The notes under the pieces were generated by a model. The model had not been told where the DNA came from. It saw only the letters and a list, made by a program, of their open reading frames with translations, and did no database searches. The translations under genes and the position numbers were made by a program. This document shows positions 24,242 through 35,536 of a stretch of DNA of 64,000 bases, one piece after another (the first letter of the stretch is position 1; every line of letters starts with the position of its first letter). This stretch comes from Podarcis bocagei (lineage: Eukaryota): assembly GCA_964188305.1 (NCBI GenBank), contig OZ076885.1; one strand, given 5' to 3'.

Positions 24242-25219
24242 CTCCAGAATGGCTATAGCTTTAATAGAGCAGAGAAAAGGAAGGCCCTTGACTGTGACCC
24301 CATTCCCCCCTCTCCAGCAAAAAAGAGAGAGAGAGAAAGAGAGCTTTATCTATCAGAGGTGGCCTCTGATAGGGCTCACACCACGGAAGTATCAATTGTG
24401 AGTACTTAAAGCCCCATCACTCAGGAGCATAAAAATAGAATAAAGTTGTGCAGCAAATGGGAAATTATGATATAACTCAAGTGCCGCAACAGGCAGCATG
24501 AATAACCTGAACATTCTCCAGACTTTAGTCCTCCTCCCCCCTCCTTGCCACACAGACACCCTGCTGTCACCACCGCCTCGCTCAGCCACCACAGGCAAGG
24601 ACAAATGCAAAGTGCATTTGCAGTGAGTTACTTCCACCAAGGTGTTACTATCCACAAACTTTTTCGGTGACATCTTCCGAGACAAACGTTGCGCGAAAGC
24701 TGGAGACATTTTAAGCAGCAGAAACCGAGCGAGGCAGCTGAAGTTGCGAACAGCTGGCATTCAATAGATAATTTAAGGAAAAGTGACCCTTCTGTATGAT
24801 TTTTAACTAAGGAACTGTCAGGCCACATTACTTTCAATAGGGATGGCCACCGTGGAAATAACTTTATACAGGGGTATTCCATTAGTGTAGTTTTCCAAAG
24901 TGTGGCTTTTTGAAAGCTGGGGGATTTAGCATAGCTTTTTCAGAGGGGCCGCATCCGGAAATCGCAATAGGGAAACAGGTGCTGATTTGAAATCAGTCAA
25001 GGTGCATTATTGGGGAATACAAATCCAAAGCTGGAGATAAATGATGAATGCATAACCAACACTGCCCTTTCTCAGAAGTGTGGCATTTAAATTATATCTG
25101 CATACTTATTATTATTTTTTAAAGATATTAATATCCTGGCCTGCAACACCTGAGAGATATATATTTTAGGACTCACCCCGTTCCCTTGACTTTCATTTTT
25201 TAAAAACTGTTTTGATATT

Positions 25220-25436
25220 NNNNNNNNNNNNNNNNNNNNNNNNNNNNNNNNNNNNNNNNNNNNNNNNNNNNNNNNNNNNNNNNNNNNNNNNNNNNNNNNN
25301 NNNNNNNNNNNNNNNNNNNNNNNNNNNNNNNNNNNNNNNNNNNNNNNNNNNNNNNNNNNNNNNNNNNNNNNNNNNNNNNNNNNNNNNNNNNNNNNNNNNN
25401 NNNNNNNNNNNNNNNNNNNCAAATTGTACACCTCAG
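25220..25436 (-). other. N-block 4 (25220-25419, 200 nt) preceded by a possible minus-strand acceptor
   Basis: Minus strand: (TC)n(AC)n atatag|CTGAGGTGTACAATTTG then N, reading (x)EVYNL or LRCTI. Confidence 0.35.
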
Positions 25437-25437
25437 C

Positions 25438-25441
<4 letters not shown>

Positions 25442-25512
<71 letters not shown>
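25442..25512. repeat. compound (TG)n(AG)n microsatellite
   Basis: Direct reading. Confidence 0.95.
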
Positions 25513-25515
<3 letters not shown>

Positions 25516-25725
25516 AATACAAGATTCGACAACAATAAAACAACCATTACAGTCATACCAAGCAAAATGGGCTAAACCAAAATGAATCAAAAAGACAGCC
25601 ACAACATAAAACAAAAAGGAATAACTTGAAATGAAAGTGGAATAACTTTAGCCCTGTTCAGAGGTCCAATTGCCTCAAAACCCTTTTTAATCACACAGAC
25701 AGTCCACACAAGTAGAATCAGCTCT

Positions 25726-25893
25726 CAGTGGCGTAGCGTGGGTTGTCAGCACCCGGGGCAAGGCAAGTAATTTGCGCCCCCTAACCCGTGGATTTGCGCC
25801 CCTAACCCGTGGATTTGCGCCCCCTAACCCTAACCCCCAGATGTTGCGCCCGGGGCGGCCAGCCCCCCCTGCACCCCCCACGCTACGCCACTG
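25726..25893 (+). mobile_element. young GC-rich hAT-type MITE
   Basis: Perfect TIR CAGTGGCGTAGCGTGGG / CCCACGCTACGCCACTG; perfect TSD TCAGCTCT. Confidence 0.95.
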
Positions 25894-26229
25894 TCAGCTC
25901 TAGACTCCTTAAACTCATGGAGGGTTCTCAGCTGGGTACAGATGATATATTGGAAAGGGCACAATTCTGCACCATGCCCTCATTTCTCCTCATATGTTTG
26001 CTTATATATAAGGAGACCAAATGCCCAATAGGGCTACTGTCTTTGCTACTGGGTAAAAGTGAGCAGAGATTGTGTCAGGAAGATGTCTCTTGGAAGGCTT
26101 TGAAATTTTGGGTGTCACAGCTGGCAGGTGGGGTGGGGTGGGGTGGGGTGGGGGGACAGCAGCCCTGTGTCAGCTACTTGTACACAATATTTTTGGCGGT
26201 GGAGAAAAGAATATTTTTGCACATGCAGG

Positions 26230-26430
26230 ACCTTGGGATATTTTTGTTTCATGCCATTTTGGACTTTAAAAGTAAAAAACATGATCTTGAAATGATCCTG
26301 GAAGCAAACTGGCAACCAATATACCTGTTGCAAGATCAATGTGATATGATATGAAAGACTTGCTTCAGTCAGAACCCTGGCAGCTATATTCTGAAATGAA
26401 TAAAGCTTCTGGACTGTCTTCAAGGGCAGC
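26230..26430 (-). mobile_element. L2 LINE ORF2 C-terminal relic
   Basis: FQNIAARVLT..HITLILQQVYWLPV..FKIMFFTFK resembles the L2 QNAAAR..HITP.L..LHWLP motif. Confidence 0.85.
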
Positions 26431-28744
26431 CCAAAATAAAGTACACGGCAGTAGTCTAATCTGGAGTTACTGGAGCATTAGAGACTTTAAGCATAGAAGT
26501 AGCAAGGTCTTACCAAAACAAATGTATGCAGAAGGCTTACCAAATTCAAGGGACTTTACTTCCTAGCCAGGATGCTCAGAAACATACATTTACATGCACC
26601 AGATCAAATTCCCTTCACATATAAGCTGCCACAGAGATACTACTGTAGTCTCTTTACAGACGATAATGTAGGACATTTTAGACAAGTCCTCTCCTAACTG
26701 TTAACATGAGAGAAGTCAGGGTTAACCCTTGACTTCCAATCTGTTATGATGGCTAGGCCACATTTTGATGTATTTGCTGTATATACCTAAAAGCCTGAAT
26801 CTGGCAACCATAATACTTTTCATGTGAAACAATCCTATTGAATCAACAGGTATACTGGCACTGATTTACATTAGTCAATGTGACTGAAAATAGGTAACTC
26901 CTGCCCCAAGACAGGATATCATTTAAAGAAATAAAGATTTATACTAATAGTGACAACCCTGTAAATCAAAGTCAACTAATTTGACAACAAAGCTGAGACT
27001 TATAGGTATCATAGAATGGCCTTTACTAAACACTATATTACAAGCAATCATTAGCCCAGCTATAAAAAGCTTTAAATACTAATGAATTTTTTAAATTTTC
27101 TCTTATATCCTAAACAAGTAATCAATGCACATTAATAAACATAATTGTTTTTTTGGCATTTGTCCATTCAGTTGGTTCACTTTGTCAGCTCCAGCAAACA
27201 CATCGGTAAAATTCAGTAACCACAACACACAAGGAGGGAACACCATCAATGCCTTCTGCAATATTGCATAATGTATTGAATTACTCAGCTGATCCCACTG
27301 TTGGCAGATGGAAACCTCTGAGGTTTGCCATATTGTTTTCTCATGCCATGCGTGTTTGGAGCAATGCTTGTGATGCCTCGTGGCTGATTCACACAACCAA
27401 AATCAGCTGGCTTCAAAATTCTAAGCATACCAAGATCCCTGAATTTTCGAGTGCATTTTCCTGCATCTCCCAGATAGCCAATGGCTGTGTGAAGAGGCTT
27501 CTAATCTGCAAATGTTATTCTAGTCTCAAGTACCCATGGGGAGGGGGAGATGAATGAAGTTGCCTTTGATAAGGTGAGTTGACAAGATAAGCCAGAGAGT
27601 TGCTTTTTAAAAGCAAATATGTACAGAGTCAATGAATACTGTCCTTATACCAAGTCCTACGAAGTAATCATCAGTGCCTGGTCACTTGTAAACACTTCCT
27701 TTAGTTTTTTGTTATCTTTTGCCAAAGGATTATAATTAGCAGGATTTTTTTTTGTGCTTCATCTTCTAGTCAGTACACCAGTTCCACCTATTCCTAGGCC
27801 GTGTTCACACTAGGTGGTAAATCCTGTATCAGGACTACACTACGTCACCACATACCAACCTACATCTTCTAAGGCACTCATCTCTTTGACACACTAGTTG
27901 TCAATGTAGTGGAATATTCTTTTAATGAATTAGCAATCCATCGTGTGAATCCCCACTGGAGTGATACACCGAAGACAGAGTAGGGGCGATGAGGCCTGAG
28001 TGGCTAAGTTCCAAGCAAGATCATGTAGTGGCCTTGCTGTTTGCTAAGGGTTTCCTAGCATTCACTCATAGGTAGGCTGTAGGATTTGCCTCAGGAATTG
28101 CAGCACTGTGAGGTCACATCCACACCTTACATTTAAGGCCCATGGCTTCCACCAAAGAATGCCAGGAACTGTAATTTGAAATCTGACCATCTGAAAATAT
28201 ACTTTTGACTGAAGAGGCGATGCATCAGAGAAGACTCTTAAAAGAACAGCTTACTGGTGGCTCTCATATCGCCAGCTTCTGTACTAGTGACCCGAGAAAC
28301 CCCCAAAATGAAAGTAAGCTACTCAAGAGAAACTAGGCAGATCAGTAATTCCTCCTGACACTGCTCTTTGTTGAGTCTCAAGGTAACTGTAAAAAAATTA
28401 CTTCTAACTGGTCAGTTGACTCTACAGAAGGAAACAAAAGGAAGGAAGGTCCAGTGACAGAAATGGAAACTTCCTATGCAAAACGCTTTGTCACATGAAG
28501 GAAATATATTGCAATTACTGAAATATGAGTAGCATAGGGAGGCCAAAATGGTATCTTCCTTTGATGTGCCAAAAAATACGTGAAAATGTGAATAAAAGGT
28601 AACTTATTCAGTGTCAGTCTTACATATTTATAGTTTAAAAATTAGTCAAAGTTTATGTCCTGAGGTTGCACCTACAGGAAGCCAGATGTGTGCCTTCTGC
28701 ATGTGACCTAAGACAGGCCTGAAGCAAAAACTAGATAATTTCTC

Positions 28745-29036
28745 NNNNNNNNNNNNNNNNNNNNNNNNNNNNNNNNNNNNNNNNNNNNNNNNNNNNNNNN
28801 NNNNNNNNNNNNNNNNNNNNNNNNNNNNNNNNNNNNNNNNNNNNNNNNNNNNNNNNNNNNNNNNNNNNNNNNNNNNNNNNNNNNNNNNNNNNNNNNNNNN
28901 NNNNNNNNNNNNNNNNNNNNNNNNNNNNNNNNNNNNNNNNNNNNNNNNNNNNNNNNNNNNNNNNNNNNNNNNNNNNNNNNNNNNNNNNNNNNNNNNNNNN
29001 NNNNNNNNNNNNNNNNNNNNNNNNNNNNNNNNNNNN
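28745..29036. other. N-block 5 (292 nt) in unique sequence
   Basis: Run of N with non-repetitive flanks. Confidence 0.95.
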
Positions 29037-30448
29037 TAACTATCAGCATGCCAGCTTACTGAATTTAGCTGTAAGACAGTTATTCCCTCTACTGTGCTCC
29101 CCCCCCTTTTTATTCCAAGAAAAAGAAACCCTAGCGTTCCAAACCTCCCAAGTTTTAAAATTAAAGGTAATAAAGGAGGGGAAGAGGTGGAGCAAAACTG
29201 GAAAGTTTCATGAGATGGTGGTGCACAGAACCTTTCAAGCTGCAGCAAAACAAAAGCAAAACAACAACAAAAACCCTCACAAAAAAGTCCCTATGTTTTA
29301 GGTCTGTTGCGACACAAATGTGTCTGTAGTGTGTGTGTGTGTGTGTCCTCTCTCTGAATACACACTTGTTGGCATCTGCACACTTCTATACACTCAGAAT
29401 GCCCCGAACACAATTATTCTTATTTAGCATTCGTCCAGCTTCTGACTTCGCTCGCACGCTGAATCTTCCCCTTCACAACTGTCGCCTGATAATCAAGCCA
29501 GTGCTGTATTAATAAGCTGTATAATAAGGGAATTTCAGAAATGTACAGGACTATTATACCGTAACAATAAAAACTCAAACTGAGTAAACCAGAGCGGCGT
29601 TGAAGGTAGGCGTTTGGAAAAGAATGAAACCAGTGTTACAGTAATGCCCTCCATTGTATGCCAGTGTAAATGCCTGCTTCTTTCATACACAGAAGCCACA
29701 TTACATGAGTCCGAAATGTTCTCAGAGCATCACTGTGACTGGTTGTGATAGAACCTGGCACGGGCAAGCACTGAAAGCTGACATTATACTGTAGGATGTG
29801 CTGCAGGTGTGCGGGCCTGCGAACGTGCTCTAATTACATATTTTCCTGCAGAGCAACAATTAAGGTCGCCAAAATAATTGCCAGTTTCTTAATCCCTCTC
29901 TAACAAGACTGACATAAGGAACGGTTTATTTTTCTCTGGTTATTTGGAAAGCATTCCTCAAGATTTTGGTTCTTCCATCACGCTTCATCAAAACCTAATT
30001 CTTAGGTTCCAGTGTGTGATTATACCCATTGTTGTTGTTTTTCCTCCCTCTTAAAGCCTCTGTGAATTCGATTGTAACTAAAATTGTGCAGAAAAATGGG
30101 CAGTGCTTCACACAGCACACTGTTCTAACATTTCATCTGGTTTTAAAAAGGGGGGGGTGCATATTTGCCTCTTGTACGTTAGAGAATCTGATCCACACTT
30201 CCAACAACCTTATTACAACTTAGAAAGATTTTTTGGGGATCTGGCATTTGCACATCGAATATTCAAGAATGCCCAGGACCTGGCCTGAACCTCTCTGTTT
30301 CAAACAAATTTTGTCAAGACTGTTAGCCATATTCCTTGCAACTATTAAGTTTTTTCTGTGCGGTGGCTGTTTATTTCTTCAAGTTCCTGATAACAAAAAG
30401 AAGAAAAAACATCTGAGGCAAAAAAAAGCATGTGCTCAGTTGCTTATA

Positions 30449-30791
30449 CAGTGGTGCCTCGCAAGATGAAAAGAATCCATTCTGTGATTCTCTTCGTCTA
30501 GCGGTTTTTTCGTCTTGCGAAGCAAGCCCACTGACGGATTAGCAGATTAGCGCTATTAGCGCTATTAGCGGCTTTTAGCGGCTTATCTGCTGATCGGATC
30601 AGCTGATAAGCGGCTTAGCGGCTTAGAAAGGGGGGGGGAGGGGAAAAAACCAGCAGGAACTCGCAAGACATTGTCATCTTGCGAAGCAAGCCCATAGGAA
30701 ATTCATTTTGCGAAGCACCTCCAAAACGGAAAACTCTTTCATCTAGCGAGTTTTCCGTCTTGCGAGGCATTCGTCTTGCGGGGCACCACTG
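30449..30791. mobile_element. Tc1/mariner (Tigger-like) MITE, second family
   Basis: TA|CAGTGGTGCCTCGCAAGA...TCTTGCGGGGCACCACTG|TA; internal ttagcg(g)c tandem units. Confidence 0.93.
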
Positions 30792-30794
30792 TAG

Positions 30795-31262
30795 TTCCAA
30801 ACGGCATTGGGTTACTATATATTACAGGGCCGGATTTAATGTTTTGAAACTAGTATTTAAAGCACACAAAGGCTCAGGATTGAAATACATGAAAGAGAAT
30901 TTTTCCAATATGTACTGGCCTGTGCCTTGTTGGGGTCCTACCTTTTGCGAGAGGTATGTTTTGCAATTACTTAGGACAGGGCTTTCTCCGCAGTGGCTCC
31001 CTGACTGTGGAACTGCCTCCCTTTGGCAGTTCAATCATCCCCATCCTTGGCAATCTTTCAGCATCAGCTGGAGGCACTTTTACTCAGTCACTCTGAGTAT
31101 TAATGGGGGCCATGTCAGACATCAGAATGCTACATAATTATTAAGCTGTTTATTGTACATAATGTTTTGATTCTGATTTTACAATTTTTTGCCGTAGCTT
31201 ATGGATTCTTTATTGTGATCTGTTTGGACAAAGGATAGCATAGAAATAAAAATAATAAATAA
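30795..31262 (+). mobile_element. L2 LINE 3' relic
   Basis: RHWVTIYYRAGFNVLKLVFKA..GL.YMKE, then RAFS..AP.LWN.LP-like sequence and an (AAT)-rich tail. Confidence 0.75.
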
Positions 31263-31270
31263 AAAAGTTT

Positions 31271-31918
31271 GTGGTCCCCGAACTTCACACCCTGCTACAG
31301 ATCACTTGAAAATGGCTGATGGTCTTGATCAGGGATAGGCAACCTAAGGCCCGTGGGCCGGATGCGGCCCAATCACCTTCTCAATCCAGCCCGCGGACGG
31401 TCTGGGAATCAGTGTGTTTTTACATGAGTAGAATGTGTGCTTTTATTTAAAATGCATCTCTGGGTTATTTGTGGGGCATAGGAATTCATTCCCCCCCCCA
31501 AAAAAAATATAGTCCAGTCCACCACATGGTCTGAGGGATAGTGGATCGGCCCACAGCTGAAAAATGTTGCTGACCCCTGGTCTTGATGGACCACTTATTG
31601 TTTTTTTCTGCCTGTTGTAATGTGGTGTGCTAGATTCTGTATTATTTTTAATTGGTTTTTATTGCTTCTTTTATTTCTTACATTGCATTTTATAGCGTTG
31701 CCGTTTGAATTCCAACATAAAATGCAACAATAAATAATAAGGCGCAATATGAGAAATGAAAGAAGCAATAAAAACACAATTAAAAATCAATACGAATACT
31801 TAACATGCTGCACCCACCGTTCCCCGCCTCTGCTCCCCCTTTACAGACACCCCTCAGGCCACCTGAATGAAGCTCACAGACCACTGGTGGTCCACAGACC
31901 ACAGTTTGGTAACCTCTT
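31271..31918 (-). mobile_element. older hAT element (family of 6572-6959), host of a nested insertion
   Basis: Ends gtggtccacagaccacagtttggtaacctct; AT-rich core; homologous in reverse to 6572-6959. Confidence 0.7.
31330..31579 (-). mobile_element. non-autonomous hAT element (family of 4499-4823)
   Basis: CAGGGATAGGCAA...TTGCTGACCCCTG; perfect TSD GTCTTGAT. Confidence 0.93.
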
Positions 31919-32415
31919 CTCTATAAGGTCGCTGTGGCATCTGTTAAATTTGAAGTAAGTGGTAACCCAAACACAGATTCACTACTGATGCTAGTGGATA
32001 CAGACACGTATACCCACTGAGCCTAAGAGCTTGTCCATCCTCCCATTTGTGCCGTGCCTAGCAAGCATGGTTAGAGCCATGTTGTGCTGGACCCATACTT
32101 TCTAAGCATGGGCCTGAGTGGTTTTCCCCTTGCCCCGCTCCTTTATAAGGCAAGATCTACTCTTCAGCAATAGATCAGAACAAATGTCAATCTGGGGAAA
32201 CCCCGAGTTGCCGTTTGCTCCGATTGAGCACTAAAGAGCATTTTCCCCAGGGAAACAAGAGGGAGTGTGGATAAGCCCTAAAAGAGGCTCTTGGTGCTGT
32301 CACCAACTCTCATATTGTCATTTAGTAAAGCAGTCAGAAAAAGTTATATGAATCAGGCCAACTTCACCCACATCAAATTGCCTCTCAGAAAAGGTGAGCT
32401 TGTAAGAGTACCGAC

Positions 32416-32581
32416 CAGTGGTGTAGCGTGGGGGGTGCAGGGGGCCCGGCCGCACCGGGCGCAAGATCTGGGGGGCGCTCACTCGCACTCACAGCTCTCT
32501 GCCCCCTGCTAAAATCCACGGGTTAGGGGGCACAAATTACTTGCCTTGCCCCGGGTGCTGACAACCCACGCTACGCCACTG
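32416..32581 (-). mobile_element. GC-rich hAT-type MITE (family of 25726-25893, inverted)
   Basis: CAGTGGTGTAGCGTGGG / CCCACGCTACGCCACTG; TSD gtaccgac/atactgac. Confidence 0.93.
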
Positions 32582-33446
32582 ATACTGACTCCTGAAGATG
32601 AGACTGTGTGACTCCAAAGCCTATTGGAAGCTAGAAACAGTCTTTGCATTAGGTCTTTGACAACATAGCTCAAGATCTGGAACATCGTTGCGTTTCTTTA
32701 TGTCAGGTCTTATTGGGCTACTTCCCACACTAATTACTTTCCCTCAGAGATGCTTAAAGTGTGCAACTGAAAATGTAGAGTGCGAATGTGGCAAACACAT
32801 GTTTGCAAATATGTGAATCACACACATATACTCATTCAGGAATCCTGACTGGCTGTGTCTCCCTTTTGAGTTATGCTCTGTGGAACATGCCTTTATCAGA
32901 ATGAACTGCATCTGTTCCAAGCATACAACCAGGTGATGGAGGTGAGACTAAGGTGAGGTGATCTGTGTCAACTTCTGCCCAGCAATTCAGGTTCACAGCA
33001 CCGTCACTTCCTCTTCGGGTCAAATCAGTCAACCGTTTTTTAAAAGTCTTATTTTCAAATCTACTTGACTTTTTTTTGGGGGGGGGGGCCTTGGCTGAAT
33101 TTGCACATGTTGACTGAACACACGCACAGAGATTTGCAGAGCAAATTAAATCTCTTGTTCAGATTCCTGATCAGAGAAGCTCTCATTAGAATTTCTTCAA
33201 ATTAAACAGTGTACAAGTAAGAATGCGATGCGTTCTAAACAAAGGCCCTTCTGAGGAACTGGAGGAAACAAGTACAGTACTGAAATGGAGCCATTATTTG
33301 CCATGAATCTCACCACCCCACCCATTAACCCATAATGACAAAAAAACCAAGGCCCTAAAGGGATAATTTGAGCTAGCTTTTAGATGAAGGGCAAGGAAGA
33401 TGACGAAGGACTGTGGATGGGGATGGGGAGAGAATGTCACATTTAT

Positions 33447-33520
33447 AGCGCAACCTTATGCACATCTACTCAGATGTACATAACACTGAGTTCAATGAGG
33501 CTTATGCCCAAGTAAGTGTG
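33447..33520. repeat. old ~90-bp hairpin dispersed repeat (unclassified)
   Basis: Related copies at ~39305-39389, 40135-40224, 53097-53183 and 59935-60017. Confidence 0.6.
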
Positions 33521-35299
33521 ACTGCCAATATGGGTCCCTCCAGATGTTGGACTCCCATCAGCTCAGGAGATGATACTGGAATGGTAGTCACCAATGTATA
33601 TGATTGTAGGCCTATTTCCTTAATCTAGTACTAGAACAATTGACAAGCTCCCAGATAGGCTGCTGTGTCACCAGTAGGAGGAATAGTTCTGTGAGTATCT
33701 AAAATAATTGGAGGACTTCCTAGGTGTTGCATTCTATGGACCGAAATCTTTAACCTGAGTCGGCATGCAATTTTGATTGCTCATGGAAAGGAGATCTATC
33801 ATAACCAAATTGTAAAGCTTTTCTTTTCCAAAGAGAACCTGGTTCCGAACATAACAACTGAGCAAGTATGAAGGCATGGGGACAGTTGACGCGACTGAGA
33901 CAAGGCACAGCAAAATCTTGCTTTATGCCAGAAGTAGATTTGCTTGATGTGCAAAATAATATTCAAATATCAGAACATATGAGCATTAAGCGAAAGAAGT
34001 CAAACTTGCTTGGGTAATTGTTGGCAACTGGAAAACTTTGCTCTGAGCACATTGAAAGCGAACTGTTACAGTCCACTTGCCATTTTTAATCCCAGTGATT
34101 TAGACAGGCACTGCCCGTCAGCATTACATATTTAACAAGAAGTCGTGATTATAAACCTCTGCTTAGTAGTGCAGGTAAAAGTCCGCTTTTGGAATACATG
34201 CTTCACCCACAAAGCCATCAAACGAGCTCCTTTGACTCATAGCACATATTGACAATTTTTCTACTCTATTTACTCTTCCTCGCCTATATGCCACCCTTCA
34301 TTTTCACCTGTACGTTCACCCTTTTCCCAGAGCTACGCAAAGCTGCTAGTCGTCTGCTTTCTTCCTTTAGCTTTCTGCTTCATGTGAAGAATCAACAGAG
34401 ATGAACATTTTCTAGCCATTCCAAAAAATATATCAAAAGGTTCTTTGATTTTTTTGCCGTTCCACCCCTGGCATCTGACAACATTAATAGAAATCTTGGG
34501 GGTTAGAAACAAAAAGAACATAGCACATCGTTTGCCTTTTTAAAATAAAATAAGATAGTTTGCCTGGGTAATATTTAAAAGTGCAAGGAAAGAAACTAAT
34601 GAAGCCGTCTGGTAGCTGAAAGCAAGGATCTGCTTTAGTGTATCCCCATCACTTCTCCTCCCTTTCCCCTGCCCAAAGTTGAGTGTTTCAAATCAAGTTC
34701 CTAAAATGATGTAATCTAGCTTGACAAAAACTACTGAATCTTCTGAAGTGCTGAGCCCTCCAGTCTCATAGAAGTTAATAGGGAATTTGGCTTCTAAAGA
34801 GTTCAGATGTTCTGCCATTTTTATTAGCGTGCCCCTAAGCATCAGTAAATTATGAAAAAACTAAGCCCAAATATATACCTTTAGTCTTCTCACATTTGTG
34901 TGGGGTATGGAACTATAATGCAATATTGGGATGCGCACATTTCTTTTTAACAGTGGAGGGTTAAAAATTGTGTTGGATAAGTGCTTTCATTAAAGCTAAT
35001 AAGCAGCATTTATCTCTCTGCATTAAAATGGTGGATTAAAAATCATTCATCTATCAGATCCTCCCATGAAATACACAGAAAGTTTTAAAGGAATTTTAAA
35101 AAACAGGTATTGATTAAAACCCATGCTCAGAGATGAAAAATATTAAGAAAATTAGTGACTGAAAATCCAATATAGAAAATATGGAGGTTTTTTTTGGGGG
35201 GTGGGGGTGGGGAATCACATGAGAATGATCCAGCCAGCATAACTCTGCAGATGATCAAAGCCAATCTTGAGTACAATTATTTTTTTTATCAGTTCACCT

Positions 35300-35536
35300 N
35301 NNNNNNNNNNNNNNNNNNNNNNNNNNNNNNNNNNNNNNNNNNNNNNNNNNNNNNNNNNNNNNNNNNNNNNNNNNNNNNNNNNNNNNNNNNNNNNNNNNNN
35401 NNNNNNNNNNNNNNNNNNNNNNNNNNNNNNNNNNNNNNNNNNNNNNNNNNNNNNNNNNNNNNNNNNNNNNNNNNNNNNNNNNNNNNNNNNNNNNNNNNNN
35501 NNNNNNNNNNNNNNNNNNNNNNNNNNNNNNNNNNNN
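35300..35536. other. N-block 6 (237 nt) in unique sequence
   Basis: Run of N with non-repetitive flanks. Confidence 0.95.

Noticed and set aside
7415-25436. Assigning a gene symbol to the putative minus-strand gene
   Set aside because: The visible peptide stubs (VIGIE/YWNR, EVYNL/LRCTI, the 22-aa cassette) did not match any protein I could recognise with confidence.
25809-26354. 181-aa ORF, the longest N-free one
   Set aside because: It runs through a MITE, a G-rich repeat and antisense L2, with no recognisable protein features.
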